Made by a program: the position numbers and the translations under genes
Notes under the pieces: model-generated
Seen by the model: the letters and a program-made list of their open reading frames with translations, nothing else
Told to the model about the DNA's origin: nothing
The model's database searches: none
NCBI GenBank assembly: GCA_963848305.1
Contig: CAWKDC010000001.1
Location: 1,280,001-1,344,000 of the forward strand
Direction of reading: 5' to 3'
DNA from: an uncultured Gammaproteobacteria bacterium
Lineage (GTDB): Bacteria > Pseudomonadota > Gammaproteobacteria > JABCZS01
DNA length: 64,000 nt
Part shown: positions 9,385 through 19,711 of the stretch, one piece after another
Position numbering within the stretch: the stretch's first letter is position 1
Layout: the number at the start of each line of letters is the position of its first letter

Positions 9385-11065
9385 TTAAATCCACGCTCAG
9401 TGAAAAGAAAATACGACCATTACGATCATCAAAGGCTGCAACAGGTTTTGTCAGCGGTTTGGCCACCTCGATTTCCCCATTGACGCGTGACCCAACACCC
9501 AGTCGCACGCCCACTGCAGCAGATGTGCCGCTTTGCTTATTCGTGAGTGGGTCATCAACCCTGTACCACATCACACCCCAATCATAAGAGGTGAAATATT
9601 GAACACTTGGAAAGAGTGTGCTTTTGTGTGTGTCGTTGTAACGCAATTCAATTTTACCTTCAAACCCGCTATCGCCCACGATTTCAGATGGGTCATATGC
9701 AGAACCGTATACGGCACCGCCGTAACCTAATTGTTCTGGGGAAAGCAACGAAGTGAAGGCATATTGCCCATTCAATGAAGTGTAAATGGAGACGGTATTT
9801 TCTGAAAAATACTGAACGCGGGTGAACGTGCTGGTAATCTTTGTGTAATCTTTTTTGCCTTCAAAACGGGATCGCAGCAGCAAAGGCTGCGGCGGGCCTG
9901 AGATCCCCTGAAAACCTTGCGAAAATTGCAGATCCAGTGCATTCACCCCGTCCCATGCATCTTGTGCTTTGAGGTTAAGCCCTGCGCGCAGGGAATCGAG
10001 GCGATCGAGTGTGACGAGCACCCCAAGCGTATCGGTGCGGCTGTCTAGGTAATCATAGTCAAGCGTGGCGTTTAAATTAATGCGGCGTGTTCGAATGATG
10101 GGGTGGGTATAAATAAACATGATGGTTGAGCTTAGGCCATACACATCCAATATAGAAAAAGTGCTGCCGGGATGTGTGCGGTTTTGCGTGAAGCTGGAAT
10201 CAAAGCTTGCACCGCTTGGTGCAATGTATGCTTTATAGTCTAACATGTAAGACGTAAATTCTTGGGTGCGTGCAGCTGCTTTGGCGTTGAAAGTGGCCTG
10301 CCCGGGGGTGCCAAAAATATTATCGAGTGAGGCACTTATGCTGAATTCTTCAGGGCCTAAGTATATGGTGCCTCGATTATCCCAAGTGACAGATCCATCA
10401 AAATAATGTTCTGTGAGCAGCACCACCAACGAGCTTGCGCCTTCTACTGTGAGTGATGGGGTAAGCACCGCTTTGGCTGAAACGCCTGGCAGATCATTGA
10501 TAAGTAACAACGCACGTTCGAGGGTTTTGATATTGAGTGGTTTGTCTTCGAGGACAACTTGCAAATATTGTTCAACGGCAGTCTGAATCCCTCGCATGTT
10601 GCCATTGATTAAAAACTTATCGACAAAGCCTTCAACCACAACGAGGGTGACGACCCCTTTTTCATCAATTTCTTGGGGTGGGATATATACGCGGGTGAGC
10701 ATATAACCCGCTTCAAGGTAATGTTTCTCAATAGATTCAGCGACATTCTGCATGTCAACCAGTGTGACCTTTTTGCCAATCAGATTGCTATAAAAGGGTT
10801 GCAAATCTTCCGCGCTGAAAATCGTGTTGCCTTTGATCACCACCTTTTTCAGTACAAATTTAATGCTTTTGGCTGATTCCGAGACGGGCGGTTGAGGTGC
10901 CGCTTGGCGTTCGATGGTAGGTTGTGGTTTCTCAAATGAGGGCGGTGTTTGCGGTAAGGGTGATTGGCGTTCAGGTGAGACAGTGGCGGGCAGAAAGTCT
11001 AGCGCGAAGACAAAGGATGGGAAGAAACACATCCCAAGCAATAACAATTTTAATTTGTTACACAT
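9374..11065 (-). CDS. ShlB/FhaC/HecB (TpsB) outer-membrane secretion/activation protein
   Basis: Signal peptide; POTRA motifs (GNTIFS, Y..AGY.LTRVYIPPQ, VVEG, LERALLLINDLPGV); DNRG; beta-barrel C-terminus. Confidence 0.88.
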   Translation of the reverse strand: MCNKLKLLLLGMCFFPSFVFALDFLPATVSPERQSPLPQTPPSFEKPQPTIERQAAPQPPVSESAKSIKFVLKKVVIKGNTIFSAEDLQPFYSNLIGKKVTLVDMQNVAESIEKHYLEAGYMLTRVYIPPQEIDEKGVVTLVVVEGFVDKFLINGNMRGIQTAVEQYLQVVLEDKPLNIKTLERALLLINDLPGVSAKAVLTPSLTVEGASSLVVLLTEHYFDGSVTWDNRGTIYLGPEEFSISASLDNIFGTPGQATFNAKAAARTQEFTSYMLDYKAYIAPSGASFDSSFTQNRTHPGSTFSILDVYGLSSTIMFIYTHPIIRTRRINLNATLDYDYLDSRTDTLGVLVTLDRLDSLRAGLNLKAQDAWDGVNALDLQFSQGFQGISGPPQPLLLRSRFEGKKDYTKITSTFTRVQYFSENTVSIYTSLNGQYAFTSLLSPEQLGYGGAVYGSAYDPSEIVGDSGFEGKIELRYNDTHKSTLFPSVQYFTSYDWGVMWYRVDDPLTNKQSGTSAAVGVRLGVGSRVNGEIEVAKPLTKPVAAFDDRNGRIFFSLSVDLSER

Positions 11066-11115
11066 GACTCACATCCTTATGAACTGCCCTATTATATGCT
11101 ATTTATTCGCGTGCG

Positions 11116-12348
11116 TCATGCCCCTTTTTTTTCTTTAAATGTCATGGCAATGAAACCAGCGATGATCAACGATCCGGCCAATCCCCATACGGCAACTGTA
11201 AATGAAGTGCTGGTATAGAGAGGCTCATGTGTGGCGGCATCCAGCAACGTATGCATAGACACGGCCTTGCTGAACAATGATTGGCACAATGCATTGCCAA
11301 GCATCAGTACGGTCGTGAGCACGGACAAAGAAGTGCTTGCAAATGCCGGTGGGTTGCTTTCGGCAATCATCGGATAGGCCACCACTTGGCAAGCAGAAAT
11401 AAAGCCAATCGCAAAAAACAATGCGGATAATAATCCAACAGAAGGTTGGCTCAATAAAAATAAACAAGCAAATATTAAAAACGTTGCAAACGCGCCCCAC
11501 ACCAGCATTTGTTTGCGGGTGTGAAACTTGTCCGAAATGAACCCCGCCACAGGCGAGCCTGCCATGATCCCAAAGAACACCATCGATAACACGAGTGCGC
11601 CCTGCTCCCCATGTATGCCAAAGGCATGCTCAATGTAAAGGGCGCCCCATACCGTTCCAAAAATGATGATCGGTAAGTTGAGGAAGCAGACATAAATGCC
11701 TGCTGTACTGTTTTGTATTCTCAGTACACTTTCCCACAGACCCTGCGCGAAAGAGCGCCACGTCGTGTTGGCATGATGGGCAGGCGCTTGCGGGTTATCA
11801 TGAATAACCACAAAAAATAAGATCCAGAGCAGTGCGCCCATCAACGCGAAGGCTAAAAAAGTATTTTCCAATCCCAGTGTGTTATAAAACCATAAAAACA
11901 ATGGTTGCGTGACAGCGCCGCCTAATAAGCCAATCGTGATGATGAAACTGCTGGCAGTGCCCATTTGTCGGGAAGGGATCCATTGTGTCGCGAGACGCAA
12001 TGCTGCGAGCAAACAGAATGCATGGAGTAACCCTTGCACGAAGCGCACAGCGACCAATGCAGGATAACTGCCCACAAAGCGCATGAGGACGAGGCTCACA
12101 ATGCTGAGGCCGAGCACGGTTAGCATCAGTGGACGGGCTCGACAGAGATCAATCAGGATACCGGCGGGTAAGCACATTAAGCCGACTGCCAATAAATAAA
12201 TGGAGCCGAGGCTGCCGAGCTGATCGGCACTCAGGTTGAATGCCATAGACATGCCTTGCGCAATGGGGTTGAGGAATGTCATTTGCATGAAATAGAATGT
12301 GAAGAAAAGACCGCCGATCATGGAGATGGTCCAGGGTTTAATGTTCAT
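11116..12348 (-). CDS. MFS transporter
   Basis: 12 TM segments; G.L.D..(R)ARP and GFISDKFHTRK loop motifs. Confidence 0.85.
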   Translation of the reverse strand: MNIKPWTISMIGGLFFTFYFMQMTFLNPIAQGMSMAFNLSADQLGSLGSIYLLAVGLMCLPAGILIDLCRARPLMLTVLGLSIVSLVLMRFVGSYPALVAVRFVQGLLHAFCLLAALRLATQWIPSRQMGTASSFIITIGLLGGAVTQPLFLWFYNTLGLENTFLAFALMGALLWILFFVVIHDNPQAPAHHANTTWRSFAQGLWESVLRIQNSTAGIYVCFLNLPIIIFGTVWGALYIEHAFGIHGEQGALVLSMVFFGIMAGSPVAGFISDKFHTRKQMLVWGAFATFLIFACLFLLSQPSVGLLSALFFAIGFISACQVVAYPMIAESNPPAFASTSLSVLTTVLMLGNALCQSLFSKAVSMHTLLDAATHEPLYTSTSFTVAVWGLAGSLIIAGFIAMTFKEKKGA

Positions 12349-12359
12349 CGTTTCCTCCG

Positions 12360-13313
12360 TTACACTTTTTCCAGACATTCATTGATCAGTTGATCAATGA
12401 ATGGTTCAATGATTTTGCAGGTTGATTCTCCCTCAATGACCACGGGACCTGTGGGACTGGTGACATTGATTTCAGTGAGGTAGTGCCCAATGATATCAAT
12501 GCCCACAAATACATGGCCATGAGATAACAAAGATGAGGTGAGTTCACGGGCGATATTGCTTTCCACCTCGCCTATCGGCACCACCTTATGACTTGCCCCA
12601 GCGGCAAGGTTACCGCGAAAATCACCTTGAGCGGGAATGCGCACGAGCATATGGGAGGCAGGTTCTCCATAAATCATCATAATGCGCTTGTCCCCCTCGG
12701 TGATCTCGGGAATATAACGTTGCACCATGCAAGGGCGTGTGCCATTAGAGGTGAGTGTTTCAATCACGACATTGGTGTTTGGGTCACCCTGTTGGATTTG
12801 GAAAATCTGTGAACCGGCCATGCTGTCCAAGGGCTTCAGCACGCAATGTTGGTGAGTCTGGATGAATGCTTTGATATGTTCAGCTTGCGCACTGACGAGC
12901 GAGGGCGGACAAAGTTTGTTAAACTGTGTGGCGTAAAATTTTTCGTTACAATCTCGCAAACCGCGTGGTTTATTGCGGATCAAAACCCCTTCACGTTCGG
13001 CTTGCTCAAGAAGATATGTGCTGAAAATATAGGACATGTCAAACGGCGGATTTTTGCGCATGAGCACTGCATTGAAGGCCGTTAGAGATTGATACTGAGG
13101 TTCACCGAGTTTAAAGAATTGGGTTGGGTCGTCAAACACCTGGATGGGGCGAAAATAACCGAAGCTTTTGCCGTGATCTAACACCAAATCTTCTATTTGT
13201 GCATAAAAAATGGACACGCCGCGGGCTTGCAATGTTTTCATCATGGCAAGTGTGCTATCTTCATCAGTGTGGATGTGGGCAATAGGATCCATGACAATCG
13301 CAATCTTGAGCAT
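12360..13313 (-). CDS. gshB: Glutathione synthetase
   Basis: IVMDPI, MRKNPPFD, NEK, KPLDSMAG, RGNLAAG, TEINVTSPTG. Confidence 0.95.
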   Translation of the reverse strand: MLKIAIVMDPIAHIHTDEDSTLAMMKTLQARGVSIFYAQIEDLVLDHGKSFGYFRPIQVFDDPTQFFKLGEPQYQSLTAFNAVLMRKNPPFDMSYIFSTYLLEQAEREGVLIRNKPRGLRDCNEKFYATQFNKLCPPSLVSAQAEHIKAFIQTHQHCVLKPLDSMAGSQIFQIQQGDPNTNVVIETLTSNGTRPCMVQRYIPEITEGDKRIMMIYGEPASHMLVRIPAQGDFRGNLAAGASHKVVPIGEVESNIARELTSSLLSHGHVFVGIDIIGHYLTEINVTSPTGPVVIEGESTCKIIEPFIDQLINECLEKV

Positions 13314-13352
13314 GAGGCACCTGTTAATCGAACCAATGAAAGAGTATACCCG

Positions 13353-14150
13353 ATGGATAGAGATTCTGACACATTATTTTTCCGCGAATCCAAAAAATTA
13401 TGGATGAAAGCGCAAGATCAAGGTGCGCCGCCGCTACAAGATGGAGAAGGGTTGTTTGCTGCCGTCAATGAATGGCGCGCGATGCAATCGTGGCCATTGT
13501 GTACCGATATGTTGCCAGTTGCCCCGCCCATCTGCACACAAACCGCAAAATTGCTGGTCGATACGCGCTCACAATGGCAATTGGGCATACTTCAAACATT
13601 GAAAGGGGTTGACACGGGGCCGGCCATGTTACGTCGTGCTTTGTCGCATTTGTGTCAGCAGCCAGAAACATTATTGGGACAAATGGCTTTATTGTTGGAT
13701 GGGATTGTGCAGGATAATTTGATGAAACGTTACCCTCACGCTTGTCAACAATGTTTTGCACGCTTTGATCGATTGCTCAAGCCGGGTCAGTATAATGAAA
13801 TGGACATTCATTTTTTATGGGCCGATCTTGTGTATTATGCACGTCGCGAGCTATTGGTTGCTCCAGAAGATAAAATCGATTTGAATAAACGCATGCATTA
13901 TATTGCTGATAAAATCTCAGACATGTTGCGCGTGAAAAATACCGAAGAAAAAATTAAAAAAGATATGATCATGCCGTTTTATTTATCATTGACAGATGGA
14001 TTGTTGTTATTGGGTGAAGATAAATTACTAACCCGTGTGAGCACCCTGTTCAATGCGTTAGAACCCAATATGCTGAAAATCAGTGTGCCTGTTCAGAAAC
14101 TGTGGGCGCAGTGTACGAATATTCGGTTTTTGGGAGTTACTTCATCCTAG
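13353..14150 (+). CDS. Hypothetical protein (mostly helical)
   Basis: Long ORF divergent from gshB; start taken at the first ATG clear of gshB. Confidence 0.6.
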   Translation: MDRDSDTLFFRESKKLWMKAQDQGAPPLQDGEGLFAAVNEWRAMQSWPLCTDMLPVAPPICTQTAKLLVDTRSQWQLGILQTLKGVDTGPAMLRRALSHLCQQPETLLGQMALLLDGIVQDNLMKRYPHACQQCFARFDRLLKPGQYNEMDIHFLWADLVYYARRELLVAPEDKIDLNKRMHYIADKISDMLRVKNTEEKIKKDMIMPFYLSLTDGLLLLGEDKLLTRVSTLFNALEPNMLKISVPVQKLWAQCTNIRFLGVTSS

Positions 14151-14244
14151 CGCCTTTTGACCGATATGTGGTAGAAAGAGAACGTAAAAATGTAACGATA
14201 TGATTATTATCTCATTACAAAAATTCAACACTATAAACAGATGA

Positions 14245-14282
14245 TTGACAATTATAATACGATGTATTATAATACATCGTAT
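14245..14282 (+). promoter_or_regulatory. Consensus sigma70 promoter with overlapping palindromic operators
   Basis: TTGACA-17-TATAAT; perfect 26-bp palindrome at 14257-14282. Confidence 0.85.
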
Positions 14283-14316
14283 GCAGTGTATATAATAAAA
14301 ATAAGGATAAAATACA

Positions 14317-14694
14317 GTGAAAGTATATAAAACTCAGGTATTTGATAAGTGGGCTAAAAAAGAAAACATACTAAACAGTGCTTTGTGTGAAGTTGTTGAT
14401 GAAATGCATAAAGGTCTTATTGATGCCGATTTAGGATCTGGACTGGTGAAGAAACGGATGGGCAAGACAGGTCATGGAAAACGCGGAAGCTACAGGACAT
14501 TATTGGCTTTTAAAAATAATTATCGGGCCATTTTTTTAACAGGATTTTCAAAAAATGAAATGGAAAACATTGCTTCCGATGAAAAGATAGTTTTCAAGAG
14601 ATTGTGTACGATTTACTTGAGCATGAGTGAAATTGAAATTGAAAATATGTGTAATACAAGGAAACTTATTGAGGTATTCTATGAAAAAGTCTAA
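14317..14694 (+). CDS. RelE/ParE-family toxin
   Basis: GLIDADLGSGLVKKR...GKRGSYRTLLA...GFSKNEMENI. Confidence 0.88.
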   Translation: MKVYKTQVFDKWAKKENILNSALCEVVDEMHKGLIDADLGSGLVKKRMGKTGHGKRGSYRTLLAFKNNYRAIFLTGFSKNEMENIASDEKIVFKRLCTIYLSMSEIEIENMCNTRKLIEVFYEKV

Positions 14695-15004
14695 ATCCCC
14701 AAAATCGAGGTTAATGCATGAAGCGCATCAAATGGCCAATGACTTATATGAAAGCGGCATGATAACGCTCTCAACATTGAATGAATTCGATGCACTTTGT
14801 TTAACTGAAACACATGAATTATCAGCGCCAAAAATTAAAAAAATTAGACTGGCATCTGGTGTCAGCCAAGCTGTTTTTGCCAAGGTGCTCAACGTTAGCG
14901 CTGCAGCCATTAAACAATGGGAAAGAGGTGAGCGCAAACCCAGTGGTTCCGCCCTGAAATTGCTGAACCTTGTAGAGGCGAAAGGGCTTGAGGCGATATT
15001 GTGA
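14681..15004 (+). CDS. HTH Xre-family antitoxin (HigA/YiaG-like)
   Basis: IKKIR..VSQAVFAKVLNVS...KQWERGERKPSGSALKLL. Confidence 0.88.
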   Translation: MKKSKSPKSRLMHEAHQMANDLYESGMITLSTLNEFDALCLTETHELSAPKIKKIRLASGVSQAVFAKVLNVSAAAIKQWERGERKPSGSALKLLNLVEAKGLEAIL

Positions 15005-15031
15005 CTTTCATCATGTGAGATTGTCACTGCC

Positions 15032-15763
15032 CTATAAATCCCCGCCTAAATATTGCAATATACTCAGCGCCGTGAGTGCAGCAGTTTCGGTGCGCAACAC
15101 GCGCGGCCCCATGCGGATGCTTTGAAAATCTCCGCATTCTATCGCGAGGTTCACTTCTTCAGGCGTTAATCCCCCTTCCGGGCCGATCAATAAAGTGACA
15201 TTGTCTGCAACGTCCGTTTTATCAAAGCCGCGTGATGCGTCGGGTGATAATAAAAAACGTTTCGCTGTGGTCACGGTGGATAACCAATTATCCAGTTTGA
15301 TGGGCTGATGTAATATCGGCAAGGTATCGCGATGGCATTGTTCGCACGCAGCAATCATAACGTTCATCCAATGTTCATATTTTTTTTCGCTGCGATCCGC
15401 GTCAAGTTTTAAATGAACGCGTTGAGAATAAATCGGTGTGATGGAAGTGGCCCCCAGTTCAGTCGCTTTTTGAATCACAAAATCCATGCGCTCCCCTTTG
15501 CAAATGCCTTGTGCAACATGCAATGATAAGGGGGATTCGCTTTTTTGCGGCAATGCTTTTAATAAATTCACATAAGCATGCTTTTTTTCAACACGATCAA
15601 TCACGGCGGCGAATGCATGCCCTTTTCCATCAAATAATACAATTTCTTGCCCAAACGTCAAACGCAACACATGCACCAAATGATGGTGGGCATTCCCCGT
15701 CAAAACAATTTTTTGGCCAGCCATGCCGTTGTTGAATTCAGCATAAACACGAATAGTGCGCAT
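15032..15763 (-). CDS. rsmE: 16S rRNA m3U1498 methyltransferase
   Basis: HVLRL, QKATELG, ACEQC, IGPEGG, GPRVLRTETA. Confidence 0.95.
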   Translation of the reverse strand: MRTIRVYAEFNNGMAGQKIVLTGNAHHHLVHVLRLTFGQEIVLFDGKGHAFAAVIDRVEKKHAYVNLLKALPQKSESPLSLHVAQGICKGERMDFVIQKATELGATSITPIYSQRVHLKLDADRSEKKYEHWMNVMIAACEQCHRDTLPILHQPIKLDNWLSTVTTAKRFLLSPDASRGFDKTDVADNVTLLIGPEGGLTPEEVNLAIECGDFQSIRMGPRVLRTETAALTALSILQYLGGDL

Positions 15764-17082
15764 TAACGTTCTCCTGTGGCAGCATCAATGGCGGATAAGG
15801 CCACTTCACATAACTCATCAATCTCTGGTAACGTGATGCAATAAGCAGGCATGAAATAAACGACGTTACCCAACGGGCGTAAAAATATACCTTTTTCTAA
15901 GGCATGAGCATAGACGTTCAATCCTCGACGTTCGTGAGATGGGTAAGGTTGTTTCCGATCACGCGCCATTTCTATCGCGATGATCATGCCTTTCTGTCGC
16001 ACATCAGCCACATGAGCATGTTCTCGAAATGGATTTAATTTTTTATCAAAATGCGCAATCTTCAATTTGTTTTGGTCGAGAATATGTTCATCAAGCAAAA
16101 TGTCAATCGTGGCCACCGCAGCTGCGCATGCTAGCGCATTCCCCGTGTAACTGTGTGAATGCAGGAACGCCTTTCCGGTGTGGTAATCATCGTAAAACAA
16201 TTGATAAATGAAATCATTCGTCAGTACGGCGGACAACGGCAAGTAACCGCCCGTTAAACCTTTCGATACGCACATAAAATCGGGCGTAATGTTGGCTTGT
16301 TCGCATGCAAACATCGTCCCTGTTCGCCCGAATCCGACTGCAATTTCATCTGCAATAAAATGGATATCATATTGCTGCGTTAATTCAAATAATTTTTTCA
16401 AAAAATAGGGTGTGTGCATGCGCATGCCAGCAGCACATTGGACTAGGGGCTCAACAATCAACGCACAGGTTTCATGTGCATGGCGGGACATGATGTGATC
16501 AATTTGCTCAAGGACGAGATCATCTGTTTCGGGTGAATAAGAACAGGGAATGTCGATGGGTTCAAATAAAAAATCTTCATACGGTTGTTTAAACAGATCA
16601 ACTTGTGTGACAGACAATGCGCCCAAGGTTTCACCATGATAACTGTGGCTCAATGCCATGAACTTTTTCTTATGATGTCGCCCTTGATTGCGCCAGGCAT
16701 GACAACTCATTTTCAAGGCAATTTCAATCGCAGACGATCCATTGTCGCCATAAAACACATGGGTTAAACCGGGTGGGGCAAGTTTTACCAACCGTTCAGC
16801 CAGTTCCACCGCGGGTTCATGCGTGAAGCCAGCAAACATCACGTGCGACAAGGTGTCGATTTGGGCATGCAAGGCTTGGTTGACGCGCGGATGCCCGTGC
16901 CCTAATAGGCTGACCCACCAAGAGCCAATGGCATCCATATACTGCTTACCGTTAAAATCTTCGAGGTAAAGCCCTTGCGCGCGACGAATGGGAATGAGAG
17001 GATAGGTTTCATGATCTTTCATTTGGGTGCAAGGGTGCCAGAGGACATTGAGGTCTCTTTCGGCCAATATGTTGTTTTTCAT
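15763..17082 (-). CDS. bioA: Adenosylmethionine-8-amino-7-oxononanoate aminotransferase
   Basis: LWHPCTQM, SWWV, YHGETLGA, IADEIAVGFGRTG, SKGLTGGYLP, HSHSYTGN. Confidence 0.95.
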   Translation of the reverse strand: MKNNILAERDLNVLWHPCTQMKDHETYPLIPIRRAQGLYLEDFNGKQYMDAIGSWWVSLLGHGHPRVNQALHAQIDTLSHVMFAGFTHEPAVELAERLVKLAPPGLTHVFYGDNGSSAIEIALKMSCHAWRNQGRHHKKKFMALSHSYHGETLGALSVTQVDLFKQPYEDFLFEPIDIPCSYSPETDDLVLEQIDHIMSRHAHETCALIVEPLVQCAAGMRMHTPYFLKKLFELTQQYDIHFIADEIAVGFGRTGTMFACEQANITPDFMCVSKGLTGGYLPLSAVLTNDFIYQLFYDDYHTGKAFLHSHSYTGNALACAAAVATIDILLDEHILDQNKLKIAHFDKKLNPFREHAHVADVRQKGMIIAIEMARDRKQPYPSHERRGLNVYAHALEKGIFLRPLGNVVYFMPAYCITLPEIDELCEVALSAIDAATGER

Positions 17083-17239
17083 CGATAAAATCTCTTTCCG
17101 CTCGGTTAGGTTCAAATGTGTTACCATTCTATCATGACCTATCCCTAAAGCCATATTTTGTGGGTGATTAAATGAATCGTGGGTATAGTGGGGCTATACT
17201 GATGAAGGTTTTAGTTTTGTAACATGTAGAGGTGCTGTG

Positions 17240-19181
17240 ATGGCGGATCCAAAAGATAAATCAATAGGGCAACGGGTGGGTGATGCAGTCGCTGGCGCCA
17301 TCGATAGCGTCACGGGTGCGGCGAACAGTGCTAAAAAGAATGTCGTGGATGCTGCTTATAACCCGGTTGCGGCTGCCAAAGGGCAGTTATTGAATGATGC
17401 CCAAATCGCTCACCTTGAAGCGGTCCAAGATGACGGCAAGGGCGGTAAGGGTGCCGCCAATGTCATGCAATATGGCGCCTTCGTCACTGCATTAAAAGTC
17501 AAGCGTGACGCTTGGGAAAAAGCCATTAAAGATCTTGAGAAGGTACAAGATAAAACATCCGAAGTGGGAACCGACAGAAACCATGACCGCGAAGATGCAC
17601 TCGATAAGATCAATGAAGCCCAGCGCGAGTATTTTGCCCTGGTTGAATGTGCGCTACCTCCCGACATGGTGGAAGCAAAATCTATTCCGCCCCTGTTGAG
17701 CAATGCTGATTGGGCCGTGTTGGCCAATGTGAAGTCAGGTGCATCAGATGAAGAACGCAAAAAGGCTATCGAAGCATGCAAAGCAAAACCAGAATATGCA
17801 CAATTTAGAGGCATCATCAGCCATGATCAATTACAGCGTGCCCAGAAGGCTGCTGGCGGCGAGAGCCTCGATGCATTTTTGAATAAAAATATCTTGAGAA
17901 ACAACAACGGGCAATTGGTCAGTTTCAGTCAAATTTATGGGGAAGAGACGGCCAGACAATATATGGTGGTCTGTGCAGGTGCCATGCAAGTCGCCAAAGT
18001 CTGTCAAGAGGACATTCTCACCTATTCCAAGGTTCCAACTGCAACACAACACCCTGCTGTGATTGACGACACTCAGGTTCCCAACGTCAGTGAATCTGTT
18101 TCCTTGCTGGCTCAAGCGACACAATATGATTACCATAAACGTGCCCAAAGTTTACGTGAATACAGGGTGCATCGCGGGCCGTTCAAAATATGGGGATGAT
18201 GTGGATGCGGGCTCAAATGAGATCAGCAAGGAACGTCAAGATTTGTTGAAAAAAATTAAAGGTAATGAGAATGGCCCTCCTTTCGAGGTAAATGGTGTTA
18301 AATTTGAGAAGGTAGCCAGCGTGGCCATGTACTTTATGCGCATGGCACACCCATTGGATATTTTCGGTTTAGGGTGGGGCGGTCAAGAGGATCGCATGTA
18401 CGATGTGGCACGCCTTGCTAAAGCGTGGGTTGATGCAACTGCCGACATGAATAAATGCACCCCGCAGGATGTGGTTGAACGTTTATATGCTGCTGGCAAA
18501 CAAGTTCCCAAGCGAGATGAGAAAGATAAGGCTGGGAATCCTATATTACAAGACAATCAAAACTTGGGCGCAGATGGCCAGCCCATTAATGTTATGAACA
18601 TCAACAATTTCCCCATGAATGGGGGGTTGAGAGCCACATGGGCAGGGTTAGCTGATTTGTGTGTGCTGTTGGAAGGGCTTGGGATTGCGTACAACGTGAA
18701 TATGCGTGAGATCGCGAACAATCAACCCAACAGTGATCACTTAAGACAGATGGCATATGATCTCGATAACGATAAAGATCAAGGCTGGGCAAAATTTAAA
18801 GATGAACATTTAAAAGCAGCCAGGGAACGTAGAAATGATATGTATGAAATCTGGCCGAAAGATGAGGCCGCGATCACTTGCAAAAAAATCATGGCGAAAT
18901 TATTTGATCGACCGAAGCTGGACGATAGTATTGTGTTTCGCTCTAACGAACCTCTTTCTGGGGGTGTTGTGGATACAGCGGCGATCAATGCAGCCGCTGC
19001 CAGCACAGTTGGCCCTAGCGCGGGGGTTGTAGGTACCGTACCTACGCCATCATCAACTGCTGCCGCTGCGGTTGCTGCTGCAACAGCTGCTCCTGCAACA
19101 GCTGCTCCTGCTCCTGACCCAGGGTCAGGGTCAGGGTCAGGGCGAGATAACGATTCTGGATCGATAACGTTACATACATAG
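17240..19181 (+). CDS. Large hypothetical protein, probably one gene split by a frameshift near 18160
   Basis: Overlapping ORFs 17237-18199 and 18063-19181; the second has no good start or RBS; Ala/Pro/Gly-Ser low-complexity tail. Confidence 0.55.
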
Positions 19182-19210
19182 TCGACATAAAATCAAGGAG
19201 CATACAACCC

Positions 19211-19711
19211 GTGACACAGAACGATACCGCATTAAACGACCAGGCACTTGAAGCCTTATCGCAATCACGTGCTGTGGCGGTGAATGCGCTGGATGCGCCT
19301 GCGGTGCTGCAGGCTTTGATGTTTCATTACAACAAATACCGCGGTGTTAAAGCATTCTTGTTGGACACGAACTACGATCCCATCGCCTTCAAAGGCATTT
19401 CATATTTTTTAGTGGCTGCTTCACCGGATATGGCTCAATCGGATCAAGAAGCGATCAACGCATTGAAAGAATGGATTGTCGCGAAACTCGCGGAGATCAA
19501 CAGCCCGAATATCACGCTCGTGATTTCATGTCCAGCCAGCAAACTTTACCAATTTGCGGACGTGATTGATCGCGCTTCACCGCCTTTGGCAAATATTGAT
19601 TTTGCACCCCTGCATGAATTTGATGAGGTACTTGCCGATGCGCGCCTCACCTGTGATATTATGCAGCTCGAGTCCCGTACGATCGAGCGATTGGAAGATG
19701 ACAAACATTAA
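19211..19711 (+). CDS. Hypothetical protein
   Basis: 166-aa ORF with RBS AGGAG; overlaps the dsbD start. Confidence 0.65.
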   Translation: MTQNDTALNDQALEALSQSRAVAVNALDAPAVLQALMFHYNKYRGVKAFLLDTNYDPIAFKGISYFLVAASPDMAQSDQEAINALKEWIVAKLAEINSPNITLVISCPASKLYQFADVIDRASPPLANIDFAPLHEFDEVLADARLTCDIMQLESRTIERLEDDKH

